A DNA stretch of 64,000 nt from an uncultured Phycisphaerales bacterium (GTDB taxonomy: Bacteria > Planctomycetota > Phycisphaerae > Tepidisphaerales > Tepidisphaeraceae): assembly GCA_963758525.1 (NCBI GenBank), contig CAVWVQ010000001.1:1-64000 (forward strand), written 5' to 3'. The translations under genes and the position numbers were made by a program. Each line of letters opens with the position of its first letter. Within the stretch, counting starts at the first letter, position 1. Below, piece after piece: positions 43,120 to 52,477 of this stretch. Under the pieces are notes generated by a model. It saw only the letters and a program-made list of their open reading frames with translations, did no database searches and was not told where the DNA came from.

Positions 43120-44811
43120 ATGGCCGTCACTCATCGTCCCGTTCCCGCGCTTCCTTCCTGTCCTCGCGCACCATCCGTAGCCAAAGAAATTCATCGCTCC
43201 TATCCGACCGGCCGGCTGGAATTTGCCCGGGCTTTCGCTGGGAGCGTGCTGGAGCTTGCGATCTCCACTGCCGGGCAGTTTCCCGCGAAGATTCAGGCCG
43301 CGCTGGTCACCACACTCAACGCGAGCCGCGCGGGTGAATGGAAAGACATTTCGTTTGTACGGACCGATGAAAAGACATTTACCTGCCGAATCGTCCCGGA
43401 CCGGCCGGGCCTCTACTCCTTTTGGGCGCGCTTCTCAGTCGATGGCGGTTCCACCTGGATCGCTGATCCGGTTCCCGATGCCTGGGTCCTGGTTGATCCG
43501 CCACAGGTCGACCAGATGCGGCTCTACACGTTAATTCCCAGTGTCTCGGGAACGATCGCGGACTGGTCTGCCGAGTTGAAGAGAATCAAGGATCTCGGTT
43601 TTAACACGGTTCACCTGCTTCCCCTCACGACGCTCGACAGTTCGCAGAGTCCATACTCCGCCAAGGACTTGTTCAGCGTCGATCCCAGTTATCTTGCCAG
43701 TGGCACCAAGCGCGACGGCCTCGCTCAGCTCGAAGAATTCATCGAAAATGCCAAGGCGATGGGCATCCGGCTCTGTTTTGACCTCGTGCTGAATCACGTT
43801 GGCGTCAACAGCAATATCGCGCAACAGGCTCCCGAATGGATCGTGCCCGATCATGAGAGCCCCGACGGCCTGCGGCGCGCCCGCTACTTTTCCGACAAAG
43901 GCTGGCTCCCCTGGAACGATCTGGTGCTGATCGATTATGAGCATCCGTCACAGCGGATTCGCTCCGACATCTGGGCCTACATGACCGAATACGCGCTCTT
44001 CTCGGCGCACTATGCGAACGCGACAGACGGCTTCGTGCGCTTCGACAATCTGCACAGCAGTGACAAGGGCTTCGTGGATTCAGTGACCAAGTCATTGCGC
44101 ACTGAGTACCCGAACGTGGGGATTATCGCCGAGTATTTCACCGACGCCGGCACGCTGCTGAGCACCGTTCCGAAGTGGGACCTGAATCTGATTCTGGCCA
44201 CGCCTTGGGACAATCGGTTCGTGCCGCAGCTGCGTGATTATCTCAAATGGATTCACTCCGTCTCGGAGCACGTGCGGTTCTTCATGCCGATCACTTCGCA
44301 CGATTCGGGTTCGCCGGCCCAGGAGTTCGGCGCCGTCGAATCGACAGTTCCGCGCTACATCGCCGCGGCATTGCTCGGAACCGGCACCACCGGCATCACG
44401 CAGGGTGTCGAATGGGGGATGAAGGAAAGGATCAACTTCATCGGGAAGCAACCGCGGTTGACGCACTCCGGCGAGCCGATGTTCGGCGATTTCCTTCGCA
44501 AGGTGCATGAGATCATTGCCGCCGAGCCCACCTTCCGCCGCGGCAAAAACTGCCAGTTCGTCGACGGGAACCACGAGGCGGTGATCGCCGCCTTCCGCAG
44601 AGATGCCGGGCCCGCAAAGCCCCGTTTCCTGGTCGTCTGCAACTTCGACATCCTCCACGAGCATGCCTTTGAGGCCGATCTTTCGGTCTTGCTCGGGCAC
44701 GACGGCCCTGTTCACTGCGTGGATCTGCTGACCGGCAAGGAATTCAGTTTCTCAAGTGCGCGGGTGTGTCTTGTATTGGCGGTGTGCGCGGCGCATGTTT
44801 TGAAGTTTTAG
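43120..44811 (+). CDS. GH13 alpha-amylase-family glycoside hydrolase / glucanotransferase
   Basis: LGFNTVHLLP, SPYS, DLVLNH, VRFDNLHS, IAEYFT, ITSHD. Confidence 0.88.
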   Translation: MAVTHRPVPALPSCPRAPSVAKEIHRSYPTGRLEFARAFAGSVLELAISTAGQFPAKIQAALVTTLNASRAGEWKDISFVRTDEKTFTCRIVPDRPGLYSFWARFSVDGGSTWIADPVPDAWVLVDPPQVDQMRLYTLIPSVSGTIADWSAELKRIKDLGFNTVHLLPLTTLDSSQSPYSAKDLFSVDPSYLASGTKRDGLAQLEEFIENAKAMGIRLCFDLVLNHVGVNSNIAQQAPEWIVPDHESPDGLRRARYFSDKGWLPWNDLVLIDYEHPSQRIRSDIWAYMTEYALFSAHYANATDGFVRFDNLHSSDKGFVDSVTKSLRTEYPNVGIIAEYFTDAGTLLSTVPKWDLNLILATPWDNRFVPQLRDYLKWIHSVSEHVRFFMPITSHDSGSPAQEFGAVESTVPRYIAAALLGTGTTGITQGVEWGMKERINFIGKQPRLTHSGEPMFGDFLRKVHEIIAAEPTFRRGKNCQFVDGNHEAVIAAFRRDAGPAKPRFLVVCNFDILHEHAFEADLSVLLGHDGPVHCVDLLTGKEFSFSSARVCLVLAVCAAHVLKF

Positions 44812-44935
44812 AGCGATTGATGGGGGGAAGTTTCCAATCGGTGGAACCCGCATTTTGCAAGCAAGGAGATCGCTTGAGACGGGAGGAGAGACTGCCACGC
44901 CGTCAGCGTTGCTGTCCGATCTATATCCTCTGCTG

Positions 44936-45215
44936 TCACGATTCTTCGGCGAGCTTGCGCTGCCAATCCTGGGCGGTGTGAAAGACGTGAAGAATGTGGA
45001 CTTATGTATCGTTGAAATTGCAGACGGCCACGTGCCCGTGTCCGCCGGCTCTCTGCCGCATGATGACATATCGCAAGTCCGGGCGCGTGCCGACTGTCTT
45101 GCCCCTGGCATAACTGACGGCCAGATCCGCGATGCACTGTTTGAGGTAATGCAGATACACATCAGCGTGGGATACTCCGTAGCGTTCGGGCATTCCATCG
45201 CCAAACTCACGGCCT
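44936..45215 (-). pseudogene. Degenerate RelE/ParE-family toxin
   Basis: VWRWNA/ERYGVSHADVYL...RPDLRY...HVAVCNFNDT*VHILHVFHTAQDW; in-frame TAA at 45002 and an N-terminal frameshift. Confidence 0.6.
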
Positions 45216-45412
45216 GCCGTAAAAAACGGGCAACAGTCGATTGCCGAGCAATTTTCCGGTGCAAGCCGACGGATTGCCTTCCGTTGATCCCCGCTGAGGC
45301 CGGGTGAGGCGTCAGACCGATTTCGCGGACAGCAGCAATTATTCCGGAAGGGGGACATGGATAACATTGCAACGACCGGAGCGAACCGTGCCGATCCGTT
45401 CGACCGTTCGAC

Positions 45413-45554
45413 CCCCTTGCCCGCAAACGCAACCCGCGTATGATGCGAGGCTTGGGAATGAGCGGAGTCACCGACGGGAAAAGCGACGGTATTTCAGGTG
45501 ATCACCGGATCGTTGACGACACATGCGGCCGAGTACCCAAGCGGACTAAGGGGA
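45413..45554 (+). repeat. attL: 142-bp direct repeat (tRNA-Cys promoter, leader and first 28 nt)
   Basis: Matches 60207-60348 with one mismatch (45424 C vs 60218 G). Confidence 0.95.
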
Positions 45555-45594
45555 ATCATCAAAAACACGGGGAAATAAGCAGACTTTTGCCGCC

Positions 45595-45614
45595 GGTGGA
45601 CCAAATGTGGACCA
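45595..45614 (+). promoter_or_regulatory. Putative integrase arm-type binding sites (left)
   Basis: GGTGGACCAAATGTGGACCA; near-identical copy at 60125-60144 inside the other end. Confidence 0.7.
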
Positions 45615-45798
45615 CGGCTTACGGAAAGTCATCGCGGCATGGCCGACACTGCCGGCGAACGTCCGCGCGCAGATCCTTCGACTCGCGGAGCGGCAAGGGT
45701 AGAATCGAAACGAACATCGGGACGGCCGACTAATTACCGGCCAAGCGAATCGACGGCGGAGCCGTGTCCACCAGCACGACCCGCCGAAGATTCGGCCC

Positions 45799-46569
45799 GT
45801 GAAAGACTGGTGGAAAATGGAAGAATCGCAGGCACTTCGTTTTATCCGTGGACAAGGCAGTCAACCGGCACGATTTGAACGGCCCGACCGGAAGCCATCA
45901 CCGGAGGTTGAAGAATGCCGGAAGCTGCTCAGGGGCCCGGACATTCCCGTAATTCCTGCGGAGCTTCGTCGCATCGCCGACGTGCTCGACCGCGTTCCCG
46001 GGATGAACGAATTTGATGCGATGCGTACGACCGCGTCTGGCTGCCTGCATGACGCGATTAGAGCGGGCGCGTTCTCTGGAAGCCGCTGGCTCGATTTCCG
46101 TATCAAGCTCGCTGTCGGGCCCGGCATCACCACCGCGTACTTTCTGATCCTTGACAACTCGGAAGCGTGGGGCGTCACGATCGACAAAACGAAGCGATCA
46201 CCCCGTGCCGAAATTGAACTGGGTTGCCCGCTGATTGCCGCTCTGCTGAGGGAGCAAGCTCCTCAAAATTCCCTCCCGGCGCCAGCCCCAAAGGCGACTA
46301 CAGACGACGCCGCCGAGGCGGTGCGAATCATCGCCGATCGTGCAGCCACCAAGCCCAGGCTGCTCTGGCTTAAGTTCTATCTCGACCAAAATCCGAATGC
46401 GACGCTGCGCGACATTGAAACCGCCGCGAAGCTCTTACATCACTCCCTTCCAAGGGCGAGCACCAACGGCATTCTCGCGAGGGAAACATGGATAGGTCAT
46501 CAACCGCGCAGGCGATCGCACCGAGACACGTCAATTGAGCCAATCCTGCACCGTATCCCGTCCCGATAG
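45799..46569 (+). CDS. Hypothetical protein, possible C-terminal HTH
   Basis: 256-aa ORF; NPNATLRDIETAAK; position upstream of alpA. Confidence 0.55.
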   Translation: MKDWWKMEESQALRFIRGQGSQPARFERPDRKPSPEVEECRKLLRGPDIPVIPAELRRIADVLDRVPGMNEFDAMRTTASGCLHDAIRAGAFSGSRWLDFRIKLAVGPGITTAYFLILDNSEAWGVTIDKTKRSPRAEIELGCPLIAALLREQAPQNSLPAPAPKATTDDAAEAVRIIADRAATKPRLLWLKFYLDQNPNATLRDIETAAKLLHHSLPRASTNGILARETWIGHQPRRRSHRDTSIEPILHRIPSR

Positions 46570-46697
46570 CTGTCCGAACTGTCCGGCCGCTGCATTTCTT
46601 CGGACAGCGCATTTTTCTTGCCACTAACTGACATCGCTTGAAAACAGGGTGATTCCGCGCGCCCGCTTGCACGCCGCTGTCCAGAAATCCGGACAAC
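46569..46697. promoter_or_regulatory. Putative operator repeats upstream of alpA
   Basis: GCTGTCCGAA (46569) / TTCGGACAGC (46599) inverted pair; further CTGTCCGG and GCTGTCCAG...CCGGACA copies. Confidence 0.45.
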
Positions 46698-46753
46698 CCC
46701 TAGGAATGAAACGGTGCACCCACGGGGACAGGGTGCGCCATTCAGGAGGCAAT

Positions 46754-46975
46754 ATGACACACGAAAACGACACGCCGTCTCTGCTGCTGCGAGCTTCGAC
46801 CGTCGCCCGCATGTTGGAAATCGGGGAACGCACGCTCTGGCGTTGGGTCAGCGAGGGCGATTTCCCTTCACCGGACTACCGGAAAAACGAGCGGATTGTC
46901 CGCTGGAAGCGGGACACCGTAATGAACTGGGTGCACACCAACACCACCACGACGGCTGCTGCCATCACCGCTTAA
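46754..46975 (+). CDS. AlpA / excisionase-family HTH regulator
   Basis: LLRASTVARMLEIGERTLWRWVSEGDFPSP...VRWKRDTVMNW; AGGAGG RBS. Confidence 0.88.
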   Translation: MTHENDTPSLLLRASTVARMLEIGERTLWRWVSEGDFPSPDYRKNERIVRWKRDTVMNWVHTNTTTTAAAITA

Positions 46976-47057
46976 ACCCACTTACCGCTGCGGTTGCCCG
47001 GCGCATAAAAACGCCGCGGCAGGGCTCGCAACCCGTACCGCGGCAGAAACTCGACTG

Positions 47058-48581
47058 ATGACCATCGTAGCAGAAGAAATCGAAGCCCCCAACGAAATCG
47101 AAGATTCGACGAGAATCGTCGAACAAGTTGATGTTGAGGCCATCCGCGAGACGCATGAGAACTGGCGGATCTACTGCCGGCCATCAGCGACAGACGCAGC
47201 GTTCATCGAATTGGTTACGAGCGTGATGGAAAGCGGCATCAACACGCCGCTGGAGCTGTCAGCCGATCGGTACATCATCAGCGGCCACCGGCGCATTTTT
47301 GCCGCCCGTGCTGCCAAACTCGCGACCGTTCCATGCCTCATCGACCACGACATCTACATCGGACCGATGGACGCCGCGGAGCGTATCGCGCTGCTGACGG
47401 AACGCAATCGCGGCGTCAGGGTCAAGTCAGACGCGGAGCAATACCTTGAAGCCGCTGCGAAGATCGATCCCGAGGCTGCGATCCGGGACGCACAGCAGCG
47501 CAAGGCACAACATTTCAACAAGGCAAAAGGTTCTGTCGAACTGGTGGAGACCCAGGGCAAGAGTCGTCGCACGGATCCATCAAAGGCGCGTAGCGAGCTA
47601 TTGAATGCGGTTCTGGAAGTTCTGGAGGAACTGCGCTGCAATGGTCATCTGCCGATCGGCTCCAGGCATATTCACTACAGATTGCTCCACAAGAAAGTGA
47701 GGACAAGCAGCTACGCCAACGGATTTATATACGGCACGCGCAAGGGTTCCGATGGGTTACTCAGCAAACTTCTGACCGACGCGCGCAGCAAAGGCATTGT
47801 CGATCCAGACGACATCGGCGACGACTCCCGCCCTACGCAGAAGATGGAACATGATGGCAATATTGCTCGATACGTCGGCAGGGAACTGGACGCGCTCTTC
47901 GGCAATTTTTTCTCCGACATCCATGCAGATCAACCGCATCACGTTGAACTGCTGATCGAGAAAAACACGGTCTACCCGCTGATCGCAAAGCACGTCGGAA
48001 ATAAATTCCGCGTGCCGCTCACGTCAATGCACGGCTACGGCAGCTTCCCCTCATCCCGCGACATTGCCGCCAGGTTCAAGGCGAGCGGCAAGGAAAAGTG
48101 CGTCGTGATTTATGTCTCCGACCTCGACCCTGAAGGCGTGAACATGCCAGCGGCGGTCAAGAAATACCTCCTCGAAGACTTCGGAGTGACCACCACCATT
48201 GTGCGGGCCGGCGTGACGATGGAACAGGTCAAGAGGTTCAAACTGCCGCCGGATGCCGACGTGAAGTTGTCGAGTACCCGCGCAAAAGGCTTTATTGCGA
48301 AGTACGGGCACCAATGCTGGGAACTCGACTCGATGCCCGCCGACATCCTCATCAGCGAAACCGCCGGCGCTGTGTCGAAGTTCTTAGACATCGACGCGTT
48401 CAACAGGGCATTCGATCGCGAACGAGAAGCTGATATCGAGCTGGCTAGGATGAAGGCAGCCGCGTCCGCGTTCGTTCGTGACCAGTTTCAGGAACAACTC
48501 GGCCAGGGGCGCAATGAACAAGCACCTCCAATATGCCGGCGGGTTCTTTGTAACACCGCTGAGCGGCGGCTTGCCATTTGA
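47058..48581 (+). CDS. ParB-like N-terminal domain fused to a TopoVI-A/Spo11-like WHD-TOPRIM domain
   Basis: SGINTPL...IISGHRR (ParB); SRHIHYRLL (catalytic-Tyr helix); LLIEK and SDLDPEG (TOPRIM E and DxD); WELDSM; true stop may be 48517. Confidence 0.8.
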   Translation: MTIVAEEIEAPNEIEDSTRIVEQVDVEAIRETHENWRIYCRPSATDAAFIELVTSVMESGINTPLELSADRYIISGHRRIFAARAAKLATVPCLIDHDIYIGPMDAAERIALLTERNRGVRVKSDAEQYLEAAAKIDPEAAIRDAQQRKAQHFNKAKGSVELVETQGKSRRTDPSKARSELLNAVLEVLEELRCNGHLPIGSRHIHYRLLHKKVRTSSYANGFIYGTRKGSDGLLSKLLTDARSKGIVDPDDIGDDSRPTQKMEHDGNIARYVGRELDALFGNFFSDIHADQPHHVELLIEKNTVYPLIAKHVGNKFRVPLTSMHGYGSFPSSRDIAARFKASGKEKCVVIYVSDLDPEGVNMPAAVKKYLLEDFGVTTTIVRAGVTMEQVKRFKLPPDADVKLSSTRAKGFIAKYGHQCWELDSMPADILISETAGAVSKFLDIDAFNRAFDREREADIELARMKAAASAFVRDQFQEQLGQGRNEQAPPICRRVLCNTAERRLAI

Positions 48582-49089
48582 TGAGGGGTTGCACTTCGCC
48601 CGCATCGAACTGCAGCGCGTTTCGGCATCGCTGGAACTGATCGGGAGTTGCTGGCAGGAACCGGTTGAAGCCGTGCGGATCTGCGCCGAAGAGGGCATCA
48701 ATTCATCTGCCTTTGACGACGACAGCCGGATTCTGTTTTTGGTTCTGGAGCTTGCCGCCAAATATCCAGACGCAGACCGACGCAGACTTGCGCGGCGGTG
48801 TCTCAGAGCAAATCACCATTGGGACGATGCGGCGCCGCCGATTGAATTCGGCCGGCTCGGCTGGTCTGACAAAACGCTCGCGGTCCTGGCCGAGAGCTGG
48901 TTTCACTCGCCGCTGTTGATCCGTCTCAACGCTCGAAACTTACTCCGGATTCTCGTTTCACGGCGCGATGCGGCTCACCACCTCCGTGAGGCCCGCCGCC
49001 TTCTCGCGGATCCCGCACATTCTGAAACCCACAAACGCCCCGTGCACGTCATCAACCGCCCGGCACAGAATCGGAGGCGATCCGCATGA
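48514..49089 (+). CDS. Hypothetical protein, weakly DnaB-N-terminal-like
   Basis: LIGSCWQEP...GINSSAFDDDSRILF pattern; ATGA-coupled to the helicase. Confidence 0.55.
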   Translation: MNKHLQYAGGFFVTPLSGGLPFDEGLHFARIELQRVSASLELIGSCWQEPVEAVRICAEEGINSSAFDDDSRILFLVLELAAKYPDADRRRLARRCLRANHHWDDAAPPIEFGRLGWSDKTLAVLAESWFHSPLLIRLNARNLLRILVSRRDAAHHLREARRLLADPAHSETHKRPVHVINRPAQNRRRSA

Positions 49090-50876
49090 TTGCACTCGAA
49101 TACGACAACGAGATTCTCAACGGCGATTACCTCGCGACCGTGCGAGCTGTAGACACCGAGCGGGAGACAACCATCCACGAGCGGCGGATAAGCCTTCTGG
49201 ACGTGACACAGCGCCAGAACTTCGCGGACGCCGTGGCGAAAAGCATCGGCGATCGCGGCGCGGCGGAAGCAATCCAATTCAAGCTCCAGGAAAAAGCCAA
49301 CGAATGGAAGCCGGAAGGACACGGCACGCTGAAACTCACGACCCACGAGGAAGAGCCGGAAGCGCAGACAACCAGTGAGGGTTACAACCTCGTGCCCGGC
49401 GACTACACCGACGACGCCGGCAACAGCATCGAACGCGGCACCGACGACTTCACAGACGAAGTAATCGGCAATCTGCCCACCGGCACGATTTACTCGCGCG
49501 GCGGTGTTGCTGGTCAAGTTGAGGGCGAGCCAGGGGCGCGGTTCTTCTCTGATCTCGCACCGGACGGCATGCGCATCATCGTCGACTCCTGCATGAAGCT
49601 CGGGAAGTGGCGCACCCGTGGAGCCGGGAAGAACACCTATCAAGAAATCGGCTATGTGTCCTGCACGCGCGACCATGCCGGGCTCGTGTTATCTCGGGCA
49701 CCCGCCGATCGGCGCGTTCCGGTTCTCAAGTTCCTCACGTCGTACCCAATCTTTCTTCCCGGCTTTCGACTCTCAGAGCCGGGTTTTCACGATGGCGTTT
49801 TCTATGATGAGCCAGAAGCAATCCGGCAGATTAAAAGCGAGACCGATGCGGAAATTATCCGCGACACACTCTATGACCTCGTCATCGATTTCCCGTTCAA
49901 GGATGAAGCCAGCCGGCACAACTATTTCGGGCTGCTGATCACGCCGCTGATCCGTCCGGCGATCGCCGGCAACGTCCCCGGGCATCTCATCGGCGCGCCG
50001 CTGGAACGAACCGGCAAGACACTTCTCGCGGAGATTGTCGGCGCCATCGTTAACGGGATGCGGACGCCCGCCATGCAAATCTGTGAATCGAATGAGGAAA
50101 TGGACAAACGGCTCCTCGCGATTTTGCTTCGCGGGGAAACCCTGCTCCACCTGGATAATATCCGCGACACAATCGACCTCCCGTGTCTCGCCTCACTCTT
50201 GACCGCTAGCGTTTACAAAAGCCGTTTGCTCGGCGCGTCCAAGATGCTGGCGATTGAGAACAACGTGACGCTGATCGCCACGGGCAACAACCCCCGGGCA
50301 ACTGGTGAACTGGCAAAGCGGTTTGTTCCCATCACGCTCCAACCCACTACCGACGCGCCAGAACTGCGGAAGGATTTTCGACACCCCGATCTATGGGGTT
50401 ACGTCACGGAGCATCGCCGTCAAATCCTCGGCTGCCTGTTGGGCGCGGTGCGGATCTGGACCGACGCCGGCTCACCCCGCGGCGAACAACCGATGGGCGG
50501 GTTCGATGAGTGGGCAGCCGTCATCGGCGGCATCATGAAGGTGCTGGGTTTCGATGACTGGATGGGGAATGCCGGCGAATGGCGCGACTCGGCAGACTGG
50601 CGCCGATCCGACCTGCGGGCACTGGTGAAGTGCTGGCACGAACGGCACGGCAGCGGGCCCGTCACGGTTCGAGAAGCCCTGGCGATCGCGGAGGAGTTGG
50701 AACTATTCGGCGACGTGCTCATCGGCAAGGAAGGCAAGGCGCTGCTCACCAGCTTCGGAATGAAGGTGCTGGGGCGCAACACCGACACGCCGGTCGAAGG
50801 CTTCATCATCCGCAAGAACAGCCTCAGCCGTCCGGCAATCTACTCACTTCAGCCGCTGGAAGGGGTGACAGCGTGA
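49086..50876 (+). CDS. Phage/PICI replication P-loop helicase (SF3-like)
   Basis: Walker A GAPLERTGKT, Walker B LLHLDN, motif C IATGNN, ELAKRF; C-terminal winged-helix-like region. Confidence 0.82.
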   Translation: MIALEYDNEILNGDYLATVRAVDTERETTIHERRISLLDVTQRQNFADAVAKSIGDRGAAEAIQFKLQEKANEWKPEGHGTLKLTTHEEEPEAQTTSEGYNLVPGDYTDDAGNSIERGTDDFTDEVIGNLPTGTIYSRGGVAGQVEGEPGARFFSDLAPDGMRIIVDSCMKLGKWRTRGAGKNTYQEIGYVSCTRDHAGLVLSRAPADRRVPVLKFLTSYPIFLPGFRLSEPGFHDGVFYDEPEAIRQIKSETDAEIIRDTLYDLVIDFPFKDEASRHNYFGLLITPLIRPAIAGNVPGHLIGAPLERTGKTLLAEIVGAIVNGMRTPAMQICESNEEMDKRLLAILLRGETLLHLDNIRDTIDLPCLASLLTASVYKSRLLGASKMLAIENNVTLIATGNNPRATGELAKRFVPITLQPTTDAPELRKDFRHPDLWGYVTEHRRQILGCLLGAVRIWTDAGSPRGEQPMGGFDEWAAVIGGIMKVLGFDDWMGNAGEWRDSADWRRSDLRALVKCWHERHGSGPVTVREALAIAEELELFGDVLIGKEGKALLTSFGMKVLGRNTDTPVEGFIIRKNSLSRPAIYSLQPLEGVTA

Positions 50877-50880
50877 GAAA

Positions 50881-51070
50881 TTCAACACCTTTCAACACCT
50901 TTCAACACCTTTTCAAAAAAGGTGTTGAGCGCAACCAACGCGGTGATAAGAGTATACGCAACAACCAACACCTTCAACACCTTTCCAGTACCCCCCCACA
51001 TGCGCAGGCGCGCGCCTGAACCACGAACGGGTGGGCTGGAAAAGGTGTTAAAGGTGTCTGAAGGTGTTGA
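50881..51070. repeat. Iteron cluster / putative replication origin
   Basis: 5 direct CAACACCTT copies and 4 inverted AAGGTGTY copies immediately after the helicase stop. Confidence 0.75.
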
Positions 51071-51286
51071 TTTGGTCCTGCACATCACCATTCGGCCGCA
51101 CGAAATCCCGTGGGACGTTCGGCTTGCCGGCGAGATCAAGCGGATGGGGCGTCATCCGCTTATCCAGTTCGACGTGACGCATTACGCGATGGCTGGCACC
51201 GCCAACGCGTCCGCGAGCACCGCGCCCACGTCCGCATCGCACGAACCAGCAACGCGGGAAACAGGCTGCAAACGCAAAGGGAACCA

Positions 51287-51517
51287 ATGAGCGACGAACT
51301 GGCAACCATCACCATCTTTGAACCGCGCCCGGCGCTCCCGGACCTGCTGGCGGCACTGCGCAGCCGCGGATTGAAACTCAGAGCCGGCAGAGACATCGAC
51401 CAGCCGCACTACCGATGGCTGGACGTGATGCCAGCCGAGCGAGTCGGGAACTTGTGGCCGGCGATCGAAGCGAACTTCAGCGCGTTGCACACACTGGCAG
51501 AGCAGGTGGCACCATGA
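51287..51517 (+). CDS. Small hypothetical protein
   Basis: MSDELATITIFEPR...; AAGGGA RBS; ATGA overlaps. Confidence 0.6.
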   Translation: MSDELATITIFEPRPALPDLLAALRSRGLKLRAGRDIDQPHYRWLDVMPAERVGNLWPAIEANFSALHTLAEQVAP

Positions 51518-51696
51518 GCACGGATGAACAGCAGACAGACAGCAGCAGTGCCGACGCCACGATTACGCGTTCGATGGGCGACTATGAGGTCGAAACTGCC
51601 AAGGTGGCACCCCCCCATGAGGTTCTTTTTTGGGGCCGGTGGCATCTCACGGGTTCGCCGCAGAGCCAGCGAATGACCACCTACGCCGCACTGTAG
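51514..51696 (+). CDS. Small hypothetical protein
   Basis: ATGA overlap with the previous gene. Confidence 0.4.
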   Translation: MSTDEQQTDSSSADATITRSMGDYEVETAKVAPPHEVLFWGRWHLTGSPQSQRMTTYAAL

Positions 51697-51765
51697 CAGG
51701 AATGAAAACACGACTTGACGGTACGACACAATGCCGAATGTTAAGATAGTTAAGGTGGGTATACT

Positions 51766-51807
51766 GGGTCCTCTCCGGGCCGCACGCCCTTTACGCGGGT
51801 TTGCGAC
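51766..51807 (+). other. Lambda-like cosQ-cosN packaging site
   Basis: GGGTCCT-17 nt-TTTACG CGGGTTTGCGAC, about 55 bp upstream of terS. Confidence 0.65.
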
Positions 51808-51863
51808 TGCCTTATTCCCAGAGATTGTTGCCTTGAACGTGATGAGTTAACGCTTTCCACGCA

Positions 51864-52391
51864 ATGAAAAAGCACCGCAAACAACCTCTGCCGCCGATCA
51901 CCAGCGCCCGGAAACTTGCCACGCTGATGCAGCGGAGTCACGTCGCCGTCAGCAAATGGCTGAAGCGTGCCGACTGGCCGTTCGGTACGCCGCCGTGGCT
52001 CGCGTCACAGCTTCCATCGATCGCAAAATGGTCTGATGAAACGCTGCGCCCATCAGTCGACGCCGGCAACGAAGACGCTGCCGCGGTTGATCTGCGCCGT
52101 CAGAAGCTACGGCAGGAAATCCGCCGTCTGAACGCCCAGGCTGACGCTTCTGAGTGCGCCCTTGCCAAAGAGCGTGGCTCCCTGATGGACGCGGGGGAAG
52201 TTGTCCGGGAGTGGCAGTCAATCACAGCGGCGCTGACGGCTGGCGTGGGCTCGCTGCCAGAGTCGGCTGCAATGCTGGCGCTGTCGCATGGGATGCCGCA
52301 CGAAGCGCGGGGAACGTTCAAGCAACAGGTACGGGAAGCGATCGACGCCATTCTGCAGCGGATGAACGCGCGGAGCGTGGTGGAACAATGA
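51864..52391 (+). CDS. Terminase small subunit, lambda Nu1-like
   Basis: N-terminal wHTH (SARKLATLMQRSHVAVSKWLK..WP), coiled coil, LAKERGSLMDAGEV...SLP pattern. Confidence 0.75.
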   Translation: MKKHRKQPLPPITSARKLATLMQRSHVAVSKWLKRADWPFGTPPWLASQLPSIAKWSDETLRPSVDAGNEDAAAVDLRRQKLRQEIRRLNAQADASECALAKERGSLMDAGEVVREWQSITAALTAGVGSLPESAAMLALSHGMPHEARGTFKQQVREAIDAILQRMNARSVVEQ

Positions 52392-52477
52392 GGCTGTCTT
52401 AGGGCTGCCGGGTGTTCCGGCCGCCCCAGAGTTTTTGAAAACAAACAGCCGGCGAACTGTCGGCGGAAAGATGAGCG

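Noticed and set aside
45527..45554. Second tRNA-Cys gene
   Set aside because: Only the first 28 nt are present; it is the att fragment
47058..48581. Wadjet (JetABCD) or ParABS system
   Set aside because: No SMC/kleisin genes and no ParA nearby; only the fused protein is present
50881..51070. Possible CRISPR or telomere-like repeats
   Set aside because: Units are 9-10 bp in both orientations without regular spacers; position fits iterons
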